Positions 1 to 13,511 of a DNA stretch of 64,000 nt are shown in pieces. The notes beneath the pieces were generated by a model. It was not told the DNA's origin. It ran no database searches and worked only from the letters and a program-made list of their open reading frames with translations. Position numbers and translations under genes: made by a program. The stretch's first letter is position 1; each line of letters starts with the position of its first letter. This stretch comes from Octopus sinensis (lineage: Eukaryota): the NCBI RefSeq assembly GCF_006345805.1, contig NC_043001.1, positions 83,390,001 through 83,454,000 of the forward strand, given 5' to 3'.

Positions 1-135
1 CAAATTCACTCACAAGGCTTTGGTCGGCCCGAGGCTATAGTAGAAGACACTTGCCCAAGGTGCCACGCAATGGGACTGAACCCGGAACCATGTGGTTGGT
101 AAGCAAGCTACTTATTACACAGCCACTCCTACGCC
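1..135 (-). mobile_element. tRNA-derived SINE family A, 5' part (cut by window edge)
   Basis: Minus strand GGCGTAGGAGTGGCTGTGT..GGTTCCGGGTTCAGTCCC (A/B-box-like head) then CCTTGGGCAAGTGTCTTCTACTATAGCC (CORE-like); the same sequence recurs about 8 times in the window. Confidence 0.85.
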
Positions 136-1023
136 ACTGGGGAATTTTAGACCTTTAATTTACGTTAGCGTAAGGGTATCAGCAATAATATGAAAACATT
201 GACAATCTGCATCAAACAACCAATCATTAATTTTTTCCGAATACATATCGTATTCATTTTACATTAAAGATAAAAACTACCTTAGATATCTCACATAAAA
301 TATCTATTCATCTACTTCAAACTTACTTGACAATTGTACAAAGCTTAATAGGCCCATAAACCCTACCTAAATGACCCTTACAAAACCCTCATCATTCACT
401 TATACATATAAATTGAATTTCCACCCAAATTACCCAGGCATCTTCCATATTCGTACCCTGTGCTGTACGTTATAATTTACACACTTCATACTTTATAAAA
501 CTACGTTGTTTCACAGTCAAACAATGCTATATCGCTTATTTGATCATTGTATTAAAAACCAAACCTACACCTACTTATATTTAAATTCAATATCTACCCA
601 GACATATTAGCGACTTCCACCGCTATAGTCACAGACCCATCTACTACAAACAGATAATTAGATTGATTCACTGAAAAATCAAATAATTCTACTACTATCA
701 CTACAACAACAACAGCAACAATAATAACGGCAACAACTTTCTTTGAATGAACTCGATTATTCTTTGATTCTCGACTAATTATATTTTCTTTGCCCTTTCA
801 TCACTACAAACGTACCCTCTAATATTTGTGCCAATATCGTTCTGTGCAATATAACACAATACATTTATAACAATTTCATAATTTATTTTATTAGACAACC
901 CAAATAAACTTAGTTCAGTAGATCTCTTAATATTGTAGTTCTTTATTTACTATCCCAAACAAATATACATAGACTCCTTTCTACCGCTTAACTTTAATAA
1001 TAATAATGATAATAATAATAATG

Positions 1024-1087
<64 letters not shown>

Positions 1088-1089
<2 letters not shown>

Positions 1090-1533
1090 GTGGTATAAAA
1101 GATTGGGTACAGCAAATATTCTGCTCAATACTACAGATTTGCTTGTCAGTTGTTTGACCTTAACCAGTTGAGCATGTCCCTTAGTGGATGACGATATGTG
1201 CATCTCTGATCAGGAGCAGAAGTAGTGGGGAGCATCATAGCCTTGTGTTGAGAGGGATTCTTTGGGATTTGGACAATTCACCTTTGGGAACATGGGTGGT
1301 TCGTGCAAAAATCCTTATTCAGGGACCTTTTGAGCGGGATGGGCTACTCGACCAGAAGAAAATTCTAACTGGGCCCCACCTACATAGTCATGCGCTGTTT
1401 ATCTTGTCGCGCACATATGGTTGTGATGCATGTGCCTAGTGAACCCTTATCAGACGGGAGTCATGATGGGTATACTGGGCTTCAGGTATTTTACTCCAGT
1501 GTCACTTTCATGATATATACAGCTCTCTCACTC
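1088..1533. repeat. Non-coding interspersed repeat (family F) between two (AAT)n arrays
   Basis: Segment TACAGCAAATATTCTGCTCAATACTACAGATTTGCTTGTCA is homologous in inverse orientation to 12525-12580; no ORF or tRNA head recognised. Confidence 0.6.
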
Positions 1534-1719
1534 AATAATGATGATAATAATAATAATAATAATAACAATAATAATAATAATAATGGTTATAATGATGATG
1601 ATGATGGTTCCTTTTATTTGCCACCAGGATGAAGGATGAGGGGGACAATACAAAAACAGATATGTGTGGAAGTTTACAAATAATGGAATAGTTAAAAAAA
1701 CAACCAGCGTAAACGCGTA

Positions 1720-1777
<58 letters not shown>

Positions 1778-1810
1778 TAATAATAACAAAAACAACCACA
1801 ACAACAACAA

Positions 1811-3400
1811 CATTGCTCTATGTGGATGATCTGAAATTATATGCAAAACGTGACAATGATCTGAATGAGTTACTAGTAACTGAAAAAATTCATTCATGAC
1901 ATCATTATAGAATTTGGTCTGGACAAGTGTGGAAAAGCTTCGTTGACTTGTGGTAAACTGACAGCTAATACCACGACCTAACTTGATCCTGATACATCTA
2001 TCACGGACCTGGACCAAGAAGGCTTTTATAAGTATCTTGGGATTTGCGAAGGGAAAGGTATTAAACACGGATCAACGAAAGAGAAGATCCGGAAAGAGTA
2101 TTATAGACGTGCCAGTATGGTCCTGAATATCCTGAGTTGAACTCTCAGAATAGAATTGTGGCTATAAACTCCCAGGTGGTACCATCTGTTCGGTATGGCA
2201 TTCATGTCGCCAGTTGTAATCTGTATGATCTCTAGCGTATGGACATAAAGACCAGGAAACTGCTGACACTAAACAAGAATATCACCCAAAATCAGACGTC
2301 CACAGACTATCTCCCACGAAAGGAAGGTGGCAGAGGCTTAATCCAGCTTGAAAGTCCTATAGAACGATCTCGATAGGACTCCAAGTATACATCCAAAGTA
2401 ACACCGACTGGATGATACAGCTGGTGAGGTAACACGAAGAGAGTAAGAAATTGCACTCAATCTCAACGAAGTCATATAAATCCAGATGAGCTTAACCTTC
2501 CTGAATATGATGATGATGATAAGGAGGACACACCAACCACTAAGGCAGTAAACATTTGTAAAACAAAAACCAAAGAAGAAATCTTGAGGGAAATATCAAG
2601 TCTGCGGCAAGGAAAACCATTGCATGGGCAGTACCCCAAACAATTTGGGGAAGCTTATGTAGATATGAGAAGAACCCATCATTGGCTGCAGAGTGTTGGT
2701 TTGAAAGCTGAAGCAGAAGGATTTATTCAGCGAAACAAGATCAGAGACTCTTCACTAGGAGCTATCAAGCTAATGTCACGCGCAATGAGGTAGACACAAA
2801 GTGTAGACTCTGCAATGACAAACTGTAGAATATTGATCACATTGTTACCGGTGGATAGAGGTAACCAATACTTGCACTGGAAAATATGCGTCACTAGGGT
2901 TTCCCGCAACCTAAGAACTGGTATGAACAGCACAAAGAGTCAGTCATTGAAGGAGAAAATGCCACCATCTTATGAGATTATGGGATACATACAGACAGGC
3001 AAATAAATGATAACAGACCAGACATCGTCATCAAAGATATAAGACAGAAAAGAGGACTGTTAATTGACATGACAGTACCTACTGATAGAAACATCTCAGC
3101 AAAGGAATTTAAAAAAACTGTCGAAATATAAGGAGGACGAGATTAAGATATATTAGACGTGGTGATTAGAAACCCAAGCCATCCCTGTTGTTGCAGGTGC
3201 CCCGGGGATGATCAAGAAAGGTAGTGACTAATTTTTTGAGCAGATTCCTGGGAACCCAACAATCTATGAAACTTAAAAACTTGTGTTGGCATCAACCATC
3301 CACATTCTCAGGAAGTTTCACTCCATTCAATATATACGTACATTAGGTCTTTGCTTGATATCCGGTCAGCAGATGAAATAAAATGCAAATCAATCGGAAA
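1811..3400 (+). mobile_element. 5'-truncated, decayed R4/Dong-clade (RLE) non-LTR retrotransposon
   Basis: Frameshifted fragments LLYVDDLKLYAK (RT YxDD), EFGLDKCGK, GQYPKQF..HHWLQSVGLKAEAEGFI, KCRLC/IDHIV, YLHWKIC, NRPDIVIKD..LID (RLE), IPVVAGAPGMIKKG; ends in (AAT)n. Confidence 0.85.
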
Positions 3401-3406
3401 ATGATG

Positions 3407-3439
<33 letters not shown>

Positions 3440-3441
3440 TA

Positions 3442-3474
<33 letters not shown>

Positions 3475-3518
3475 AATAATAATGATAATAATAATAATAA
3501 ATAATAATAATAATATAA

Positions 3519-3566
<48 letters not shown>

Positions 3567-3567
<1 letters not shown>

Positions 3568-4180
3568 GTTTCAAATTTTGGCACAAGGTCAGAAATTTTA
3601 GGGAGGGGTTAAGTCGATTACATAGACCCCAGTACTCTACTGATACTTGTTTTATCGACCCCAAAATGATAAAAGATTAGGTTGATTTTGGCAGAATTTG
3701 ATCTCAGAAGTAAAAAGCCAGGAAAACACCACTAAGCATTTTGCTCGTTGCACTAACGATTCTTCAAGACACAAGGCCAGAAAGTTTGATGGGCTTATTC
3801 GATTTTATGAATATCTTGCTGGTTTTTTTATATTATCGACTCCGGAAGGATGAAAAGCAAAGCTGGCATCGGCGGGATTTGAACTCAGAATGTGAAGAAC
3901 CAGAACAAACAAAACAAGGCTTCTCTTCCCGACGCTCTAATTATTCATCCAGCTTGTTACATTAGGTTTCTGATTTAGGCACGAGACCAGTTTTGAGGAG
4001 AGAGATGTTAGTCGATAGAATCGATCCCAGTTCTTGACAAGTACTTCGTTTTATATCGCTCTCGGAGATATGAAAAGCAAAAATCACCTCGGTGACATTT
4101 GAACTCACAATGTAAAAATCGCCACCAATACTGTAAAGCAATATTTCCGATGCTTTATTGATTCCGGTTCGTAGGACATC
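3567..4180 (-). mobile_element. Three head-to-tail copies of tRNA-derived SINE family B
   Basis: Three diverged repeats of GAATCGTTAG..GAGTTCAAATTCCGCC..TTTCATCCTT..GGGGTCGATAAA at about 3567-3760, 3770-3955 and 3963-4180. Confidence 0.7.
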
Positions 4181-4189
4181 TTGCCACAT

Positions 4190-4640
4190 GCTGTTTCAAG
4201 GCCGTCCACAAAACGGCAAGTAAAAAACCTAGGTACATTTTGTAAAGTCACATGAGTAGAGGCATCTGTACCTATAAATACATAGCAGTTGATCGTACAG
4301 CATCTCACCTCTAAAGCATGATGATTCAAAACGGTCGTAGTGGCTCTGAATATAAGAGTCACGGGAATTCTATTCAAATTATACAACAGAAGTAGCTCTA
4401 TAATGGAAGCATTACCAATACCACACATAGTTAAAGTATGCGTATTGTTAAAGTGTCAAAAGCTGCGACTTTTTGTCCAGGAATTATCTTTTTAAAGTAG
4501 TTTAGCATTAAAACAAAAAGCAATATACCTCAGAGCCAGGCAAAATGGAAGTCAACGCAGAAGTGATTATGAGAGCAGCAGATACCGTATTTCGTCAGGG
4601 CTGCGGCTTACCAGTGCGACGTGTATTTATAAGAAACTTA
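4190..4640 (-). pseudogene. Possible highly decayed pogo-like transposase/TIR fragment
   Basis: ACCGTATTTCG..GCTGCGGCTTA (4585-4610) resembles pogo-type termini; minus ORF HHALEVRCCTINC weakly recalls RHxLSxRxxT. Confidence 0.25.
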
Positions 4641-4944
4641 TATGTATTTAATTAGATACAACATTAAGAACAGATTAATTTTAAATCTATGGGAAACAGC
4701 AAAAATTATGGATTTATCAGTTAAGTGTGGCTATCAGTAGAAAGAGAAGCTGATATTAACTAAAAGACGAGATTCCCCCATCCATCAACAAAAAAAAGTA
4801 ATATTTGTATAGCATAACAGACCGCAGGAGATTTAGAACTGGTATAGATCCTAATGTATAATTATGTGGACAGATGTGATTGAGATAAGTAGGACATGAA
4901 AACAATAGAAGAAGGCAAGAAAGATAAATAAACAGACAGACAGG

Positions 4945-4987
<43 letters not shown>

Positions 4988-5050
4988 CTAGATAGCTAGA
5001 TAGATAGATAGATAGATAGATAGACAGACAAACAGACAGACAGATAGATA

Positions 5051-5394
5051 TGTTTCTTTATTAGCCACACAGGGCTGCACACAGATAGAACAAATTACAA
5101 GGTAGAGCTTTTCTTTTGAAGGATTAAAAAAAAAAAAAAAAAGGAAGGCGGAGGTTCGATCAAAAGGGATCGTAAAAGGAGAGAAAGAGGACAAAAATAA
5201 GGGGGGTTAAAAAAAAAAAAAAAATAAAAATAAAAAAAGGGGGGGGAGAGGAAAAAAAAATGATCAATAGGGATCGTTATCACAGAAATGTCAATATGAA
5301 GTGTAAAGGGGAGGACATTTGAGGTTTACCCGTGGAAAGAAAAGCCTGCGGAAAAGACCACGGTAACCTCGGTCAATGAAGTCACATTTTATAT

Positions 5395-5429
<35 letters not shown>

Positions 5430-6308
5430 AAATAAGCAACTCTCTGTTTTCGATTTCTGGGTTCATAGGACTATGCTCAAGGTGGCTTCGTCATTCATAC
5501 GTGCCATTCTTGCTACATTCACCCATCTTTTTTTAAAACATTCGCTAGACAAAACTTGCCTCTCTACTCTCACTTTCCTTTTCAAGTGGTACTTGAAGAA
5601 GTTGATGAGAGATTGACCAGAGAGGAAAGTGTTTGTCTCCAATCCTTTCAGACGCGTCCACCAGATACATTCTTTCGCCATAGCCACAAGGATGATGAAA
5701 ATAGCTCTTCCTTCCCGTTTGAAGGAAGGAGGCGTGACAATATTGACGATAGACTCAGCTGATAAACCGACTCGTCCCACACGTGACAGCAGTTGTTCGA
5801 CATAAGCCCACAGGTCGGAAATTGTTGGACACTGAACGAGTGCGTGCAGAACGGTTTCGTCGCTCTGACCGCATCTCGGGCAGGTCGGCCCCGTGTTTCT
5901 CGAGCCGTGTCTGTAGAGCTTATCCCGAACGGGTAGCGCTTCTCGGTAGCACTGCCAGGCCAGGGATCTCTGGAAGTTGTCCATGGGCCCTGGCCCGAAA
6001 GTCGTCCCGAACAGGCGGGTCAGGTACTCCTCGTCGACGTCCAGGTTCGCCCCGAGCTCGTCGTCGTACCTCCCCTCCACTAAACCCCTATAGAATGCTT
6101 TGGTTGTGTTGAAGTCACTTAAGGTCGACCCAGGACGGCAGAGTTGCTTGAGAGCAACGCGACACTCGCGGTGCCATTCGCCCTTCCTCGGCCTCTTTTT
6201 GATCCACGACTGCAGTTCGGTCATGGAGACGAGCTGCGGGAAAGCGTGCCTCACAAACGGCGACCACACCTGTTCACCGTCGTCTACATAGAGCCAGAGA
6301 TGTCGCAG
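5051..6308 (-). mobile_element. Tx1/L1-clade LINE, 5'-truncated 3' end (zf-RVT domain plus 3' UTR) inside (GATA)n
   Basis: Uninterrupted frame 6308-5463 encoding ALPVRDKL..CPRCGQSDETVLHALVQCP (CCHC zf-RVT); 3' UTR 5051-5462; (GATA)n on both sides; about 95% identical to 33590-34445. Confidence 0.88.
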
Positions 6309-6323
6309 ATAGATAGATAGATC

Positions 6324-6409
<86 letters not shown>

Positions 6410-6410
<1 letters not shown>

Positions 6411-6560
6411 GAAATTTATAGAAAAATAAACAACGAAAACAGATGTATGAACAACAAAGACGTGTATTAGTTTGACGCTCGGGAAAAATCAAAAAGTCCT
6501 TTGCGATTCGAGCCTACGCTCTTTAACAGAAAGGAATAATAGAAAATAAACACAGAGAGT
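6410..6560 (-). repeat. PLE pseudo-LTR-like repeat (also at 51420-51560 and 63630-63810)
   Basis: Shared GATGTATTAG..TTCGAGCCTACGCTCTT..CAG motif; reverse complement is a degenerate hammerhead-like CTG..GAGC GTAG GCTC GAAA. Confidence 0.5.
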
Positions 6561-6618
6561 AAAAATTTGTAGATTTCAGCTGACCAGCATGGCGAATGAT
6601 TGGTATAAAAAATAGAAA

Positions 6619-6699
<81 letters not shown>

Positions 6700-6848
6700 G
6701 AGAGAGACAGAGAGACAGACAGAAAGATGGTAGTAAACTAGCTAAGTAGATGGATTGATGGTTAGAGAGAAAGAATTTGTTTGAAATAAATTAACGAACA
6801 AATAATTCTATATATAACAGATAAGTGTCTGTCTGTCTGTCTGTCTCC

Positions 6849-6896
<48 letters not shown>

Positions 6897-6979
6897 GTGT
6901 GTGTGTAAATAACTGCACACATACACAAATACACACACATACACACACAGAAATGCACATATATATGTATGTATATAAA

Positions 6980-7027
<48 letters not shown>

Positions 7028-7119
7028 CATGCATATATGGTGAGAGAGAGGAGGGAAGGAGAGAGTCATAGATATATACACACATATGTGCACATTTAGA
7101 CGTTTGCGCATGCACACAA

Positions 7120-7151
<32 letters not shown>

Positions 7152-7363
7152 ACATGTATATTGCGGGCATGGTGCCTTTGGAGTTTAATTTGGTTTGTAA
7201 CAGCGGGAGAAACTGATGGTCACTAAATCTCGCTATATCAAAGAGTACCAAAATAAACTGGCAGTGCAAGATTTTTTTTCGTTTTTGGTTGAGAATTTGA
7301 CGTGTTGTAATCACGTGACGGAGGTGACAGAGAATAGCTCTGTATTTAGCCAGACGTATACGC

Positions 7364-7450
<87 letters not shown>

Positions 7451-7685
7451 CAGATAGATAGACACTGAGGGAGAGAGTGTGAGAGAGGAAGAAGTGAGTG
7501 AGGTGGGAAGGAGATAAATGGGTAAATTGATTAATTGATTGATTGATTCAGTAGCACTGTCTGGTTACCCTTTTATCGCTGTAATAAACACACAAAGAGC
7601 ACGCCTAATAATGGATTCTAAAACTGAAAATACTCCCGAAACAATTCTACACTAGCAACCTACATATCCAACCAAATAGTTCAGT

Positions 7686-7724
<39 letters not shown>

Positions 7725-7733
7725 TAGATAGAT

Positions 7734-7787
<54 letters not shown>

Positions 7788-7790
7788 TCG

Positions 7791-7852
<62 letters not shown>

Positions 7853-8036
7853 TAAATATATATATGTGTGTTTGTGTGTGTCCAAAGTATGTGTACATGT
7901 ATGTAAATGTATATACATGTGTGTGTATTATATATATATATATATATTATATATATTATATATATGTATATGTATATATATGTATATATCATTATATTAT
8001 ATTATATTATATTATATTATATTATATATATATGTA

Positions 8037-8083
<47 letters not shown>

Positions 8084-8454
8084 CCTAAAGCCATTTTGCA
8101 TATTTGCAAAAGAATCTGCCTGAGTCTGCTACAGGTTAGGGCCACTGTTTGTAGCAAATGGTTCACTGACTGCACGCCCTCTTTGGATATGCGATATAGT
8201 AAAATAACTGTTCCAATGTGTTTTCATTTTTCCACTGGGAAATATGCAAATAAACAATTCTGATGAGTTCTTCAACCGCAGATTTATATAAGAAAGAGGT
8301 AGTGGTCAATTACATCGATATAAAGGGTAAGTATGTATGTAGAATTGGCCATTGATGAGCTGATCTCGAACTCAGCAACCGGCCGAGATTGGTTTTTGAT
8401 TACTCTTTTAAAGATATGAAAGAAAGCTATCTCACAATTACTTAAGATACATCT

Positions 8455-9420
8455 CCAGTGTCCTTGACGGTGGTAAACTTTCCAAAATGCTAAAAGATAG
8501 TAAAAAATGCTCTATCTGTAAAGGAAGAATTAGAGCAGTTTCTAAAACTGGCCAGTCTATTTCTCTGATATCAGAGACAATGAAGCACAGATTGATAGCA
8601 CGCGTTCACAGATGGAGAGGCTGATCCCGTGGTTAGAAGAAAATAGCTTGCTTTCAAACACGCAACATTGCTTCCATCCAGGAGTTGCTTCACAGATCTT
8701 CTACGGCTTTATGTTTGGGTACTGAAACAAAATTTCAACCGTTCTACTATGGATGTGATATATCACAAGTTTACCAAGGTCTTCAACAAAATTGATCATT
8801 GGATGATGCATCCCAAACTCCCTGACTAGAAAACTCCCTCACCAGAAAACTAGAGGCGTCACTGCATGACTCATTAAAAGGTGCAAGTCAGACAGACACA
8901 GTCAATGATGCTCCCTCTGAGGAGGTATCATTTCTCAGCAGATACCCTCACGAAACTCTACTGAGATCACTACTGCTTCTGGTGGTTCCCTCAAACATGA
9001 TCTCAGTTACACAGTTAGCTGCTCTGACCATCTATGCTGGTGATACAAAAGCATCGCAAGCAGTCAAAGATTCTGATGACATCTTAACACCGTAGAAAGA
9101 CTTGAATGCAAGATAGAAGTGGGCTGGTGAAAATAACATGCAGTTGAATACTGAGAAATTTCACGTACTCTGCACACGACCCACAAATAGATTACAGTCG
9201 GAATTTACAAGACCAGCGGGTAGTGCAATCTCAGAGTCAGCATCAGTACGTGACCTGAGAATCCACATGAATAAGGATGCATCATCCCATGTGTATTTTA
9301 CTAAGATGACTACTCTGTGCAGGCAGGTGGCAGGTTGGATTCTGAGATAATCCAGAACCAGGAAAAAAGATACCATTGCTACTACTGGAGAGAACGTTTA
9401 TCCCCAGTGTCGTAAATTAC
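8455..9420 (+). mobile_element. Decayed CR1-clade LINE RT remnant
   Basis: Broken frames: SLDGGKLPKMLK, ISLIS, WLEENSLLSNTQH, MDVIY..KIDH, YAGDTK (YADD), WAGENNMQLNTEKFHVL. Confidence 0.7.
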
Positions 9421-9445
9421 TATTCCCAACTATCTATCTATCTAT

Positions 9446-9490
<45 letters not shown>

Positions 9491-10040
9491 TGCTAACTAT
9501 ATATATATATATATATATATCTATATATATATATACAATATTATATATATATACATATATCTATTTATATTTATATATATATGTGTGTGTGTGTGTATGC
9601 ATCTATTCCACCCTCAGCGTTTGTCCACCGGTGTCCATTTGCTTACCCACGTAACTTAGCGGTTCGGCAAAGATATAGGCATGCATACGTACACACACAT
9701 ATATACAAATATGTGTGTATATGTATGTATATATATATATGTGTGTGTGTGTGCGGTATGTGTGTGCGTGTGTGTGTGTGCATATGTGTGTGTGCGTGTG
9801 TGTGTTTATGTGTGTGTTTATGTATGTGTGGTGTGTTATACATATATGCATGTATATATGCTTATATACATGTATATATACATGTGTGCATGCATGCACG
9901 CCTGCTTATGTATTCAACTCATGCATATACTCCTTTGCTATCTACCTGAGTTAACAACTGAAGGGATAATCATTACCACAACCACCACCACCACCACCAC
10001 CACACCACCACCACTACTACTACTACTACTGCTACTACTA

Positions 10041-10124
<84 letters not shown>

Positions 10125-11887
10125 TTCTCACCTGCATCGCCGGCTCACCTGTCATCCTCCTCCTCGTCGTCGTCATCCTCCTCTTCATCATCATCCTCAT
10201 CATCATCATCACAACCATCGCAAATTTTTAATTTAATTATGTCGATAAAATCGTTTAATAAATTTGGTCCTGAACGGACGAGGATCGTCAGTAGCCGTTT
10301 CCTCCTACCCATATTCTCCACATAATCGCTATTTCCCACCCCCACCACATCCTCCGCACCAGCTCCCTATTCTCCACGTCACTCCACCCTCCACCCTCCA
10401 ACCTCCACTCTCCACCCTACAGCAAGCCTTTTGTTTTTTGTTTTACGCTGCCTACGCCCCACATATATAATCATGACGAATCTACGAACGTTAAAACATC
10501 TTCAATTTGCTTCATATATTAAACTCCGCATCATGCAACCCATATAAACACCCGTCCACCAAGCAATCAACCCGCCAATTAGCCAACCAACCAACCAACC
10601 AACCAACCCGTTTACCTGGCTGTGAGAACAATAACAGCAACAACAAGAACAAGAGCAACAACACCGTAATTGTATGTTTTATTCCGTTGTAGTGAGCGGC
10701 TATGATAATTCAGGTTTACGTTCCTCTGGAAAGGTTATCTGGTGCAGTCGACTGCACCCATTGACTCGGCAAGTAAATTAGCTTGAAATATGTAATAACC
10801 ACAACGGTAACCGCCATCTTCCTACCCATCACACAAACAGCGTCGGCGTCGTCGTCGTCGTCGTCGCCGTTATCATCATTAGTGTCGTCATCATTTATCA
10901 TTGCCATAGTCGTCGTCATGGTCAGCATCATCATCATCATCACCCTGATGATCATCGTCGTCGTCGTCATCATCACCATTACTCCCCCCAAAAAAACCCA
11001 CCTCCACCTCCCAAACCACCCCACCTCCCAAACCACCTCCACCTCCCAAACCACCTCCACCTCAAAACCACCTCCTCCTCCAAAACCACCTCCATCACCA
11101 TCATCATCACCATCATCGTCGTCGTCGTCATCATCATCATCATCATCATCAGAACCTCCAGCGCAATTACCGACATCATCAGCAGCAACACGCTCAGTAC
11201 CACTACCATGACAACCACCACCACCACCACCATAACCAAAACAACAACAACAAAAACAACAACAACAATAACACCACAACCACCACCACTATCACCACCG
11301 CCACCACAACTATCATTATCGTCATCGCCATCATCGTCGTCATCATCATCATCATCGTCATCACTATCATCACCTCACTTATCATCATCATCATTATCGC
11401 CATCATCAATTTCATCTTCCTCCTCTTCTTCCTCCTCTTCCTCGTTCCCCACCACCAATGTTACCAACATTATCTCCCAGGCGTTAACCCTTCTTCCTCC
11501 TTCTCCTCCTCCTCCACCACCACCACCACCATCAACAACAACAACAACAACCACACCAACCGCAATAACAGCAGCGCTCCAGTCAATATCTACATCAGCC
11601 TCACTATCGTGTCACAGTAACCTCTCCAAACCGACGATTACTTACAAACAAATAGCCAATGAGAGAAATTCTACATGCTCAAATGTCTTACTAGAAATAG
11701 AAGTTAAACCTCTCCCAAACCACGCCCTCCACCCGTCTTCAAAACGCCCACGATAGATAACGTGGATCTGGATAGATAACGTGGCCCACATAGGAAAAGA
11801 CGTGATGTTCACCACTGGAATGTTTTAAAATGATAGTTCTACGCAACCAGACGTGTGACCGGGTGCGCTAAACAACAACAACAACAG

Positions 11888-12085
11888 CAGTGGAGGCGCA
11901 ATGGCCCAGTGGTTAGGGCAGCGGACTCGCAGTCGTAAGAACGCGGTTTCGATTCCCAGACCGGGCATTGTGAGTGTTTATTGAGCAAAACCACCCTTAA
12001 GCTCCACGGTGCGGAGGTGGGGGTGGGATGAACCCGCTGTACTCTTTCATCACAAGTTTCTCTCACTCTTTCTTCCTACTTCTAC
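11888..12085 (+). mobile_element. tRNA-derived SINE family C
   Basis: A box TGGCCCAGTGG and B box GGTTTCGATTCCC; homologous to 32305-32602 (-) and 28160-28540 (-). Confidence 0.8.
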
Positions 12086-12484
12086 GTTGCTAGTGTTTAG
12101 CGAAACTGTGATCACAGATGTTCCAGCTGTGACCACCCTGTCTTTTTCTCAGACTATTTTGTACAAATAATAGCATATTAAATGAATATTTGTATTGTAT
12201 CAATAAATGCAAACGTGAGATAAACAACTTCTGAGTAATTGCAATTTACAGGCTCCAGTTAGTTATGTTGTACTCTCTGTATAAAAAATATTTTACACAC
12301 ACATACACACACACACACAAATGCACACACACACATGTACCAACACATGCATACTCATTACTCATAGAGCAGATACATACATATATATATATATTATATA
12401 TATATATATATAATATATATAATATATATATATATATTATATATATAATATATATATATATATATGCTTGTAATATATAATATC

Positions 12485-12672
12485 GCCAGCTACCAAGGGA
12501 CAAGCTTAACTCGGCCTGTTCAAAAGAATGACAAGCAAATCTGTGGTAGTGAACAGAATATTTGCTGTGGCTCATGTTTTATACCATGACCAAACGTACA
12601 TGATAACACTTTATGATAACAGTTAAGATCAGAAGCCATGAGAGCCAATGTTTGGTATTGCATCAGGGCATG
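12485..12672. repeat. Second fragment of family F repeat, abutting (CTT)n/(AAT)n
   Basis: TGACAAGCAAATCTGTGGTAGTGAACAGAATATTTGCTGT matches the reverse complement of 1105-1150. Confidence 0.6.
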
Positions 12673-12915
12673 TCTTCTTCTTCTTCTTCTTCTTCTTCTT
12701 CTCTTCTTCTTCTTCTTCTTCTTCTCTTCTTCTTCTTCTTCTTCTTCTTCTTCTTCCTCTCTTCTCTCTTCTTCTTCTTCTTCTTCTTCTTCTCTTCTTC
12801 TTCTTCTTCTTCTTCTCTTCTTCTCTTCTTCTTCTCTTCTTCTATTCTAATAATATAATATAATAATAATAATAATATTAATAATAACAATAATAATAAT
12901 AATGATGATATAATG

Positions 12916-12965
<50 letters not shown>

Positions 12966-13236
12966 TATAATAATAATAATAATAATATGACGTCAAAAGA
13001 ATAAATGAGACCTCTATATTATGTAATTAGAGGAATTTATCTGTAATATAATATGTGACAATGAGTCGGTTGCTATAATAAAACTCAGAGTTTTATATAT
13101 AGACATCACTGAAGTGACTAAGAGTTCTAGTTAGTGACATCTGTACTCCTGCCTTTCGGTTGTAAATTGCAAATGAACCGCATTTATTATTTATGTGTGT
13201 GTGTGTTTGTGAGTGTTTGGTGTGGTGTGTGGTGTG

Positions 13237-13267
<31 letters not shown>

Positions 13268-13304
13268 TGTGTGTGTGTGTGTGTGTTTGTGTGTGTGCAT
13301 ATAT

Positions 13305-13511
13305 ATGACCATGGGTGCACCTAATAGGTTTCCCTCCGGGATATAGGTCTGGGCGGAAACTCATCCTATCGGCGAACGCACAACCTAGGGATGTTTTTTT
13401 TTTATGGAAGACCAGCAGTCGTCCATGTATACCGGTCTCCCCTCTCCACGCCACCGATGTTATCCAAGGGAAAGGCAAAGGCCGTTTCAGCTTGTCACCA
13501 GTGATATCGCA
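13305..13511 (-). mobile_element. SINE body/tail fragment (family D-like)
   Basis: GC-richer interspersed-repeat segment ending CAGCTTGTCACCAGTGATATCGCAACTC, truncated by a 91-nt palindrome. Confidence 0.45.

Noticed and set aside
5556-6291. Plus-strand ORFs over the Tx1 copies (also 33372-34502)
   Set aside because: Antisense shadows of GC-richer LINE coding sequence.
10145-10348. ORF with RRKRLLTILVRSGPNLLNDF, faintly CARD-like, and an acidic tail
   Set aside because: No acceptor with a pyrimidine tract, acidic part is a (CAT/CCT)n repeat, similarity too short.
11888-11965. tRNA-like heads (also 14685, 14844, 21224, 32530-32602) as tRNA genes
   Set aside because: A/B boxes are present but the cloverleafs are incomplete and each continues into a shared SINE body.
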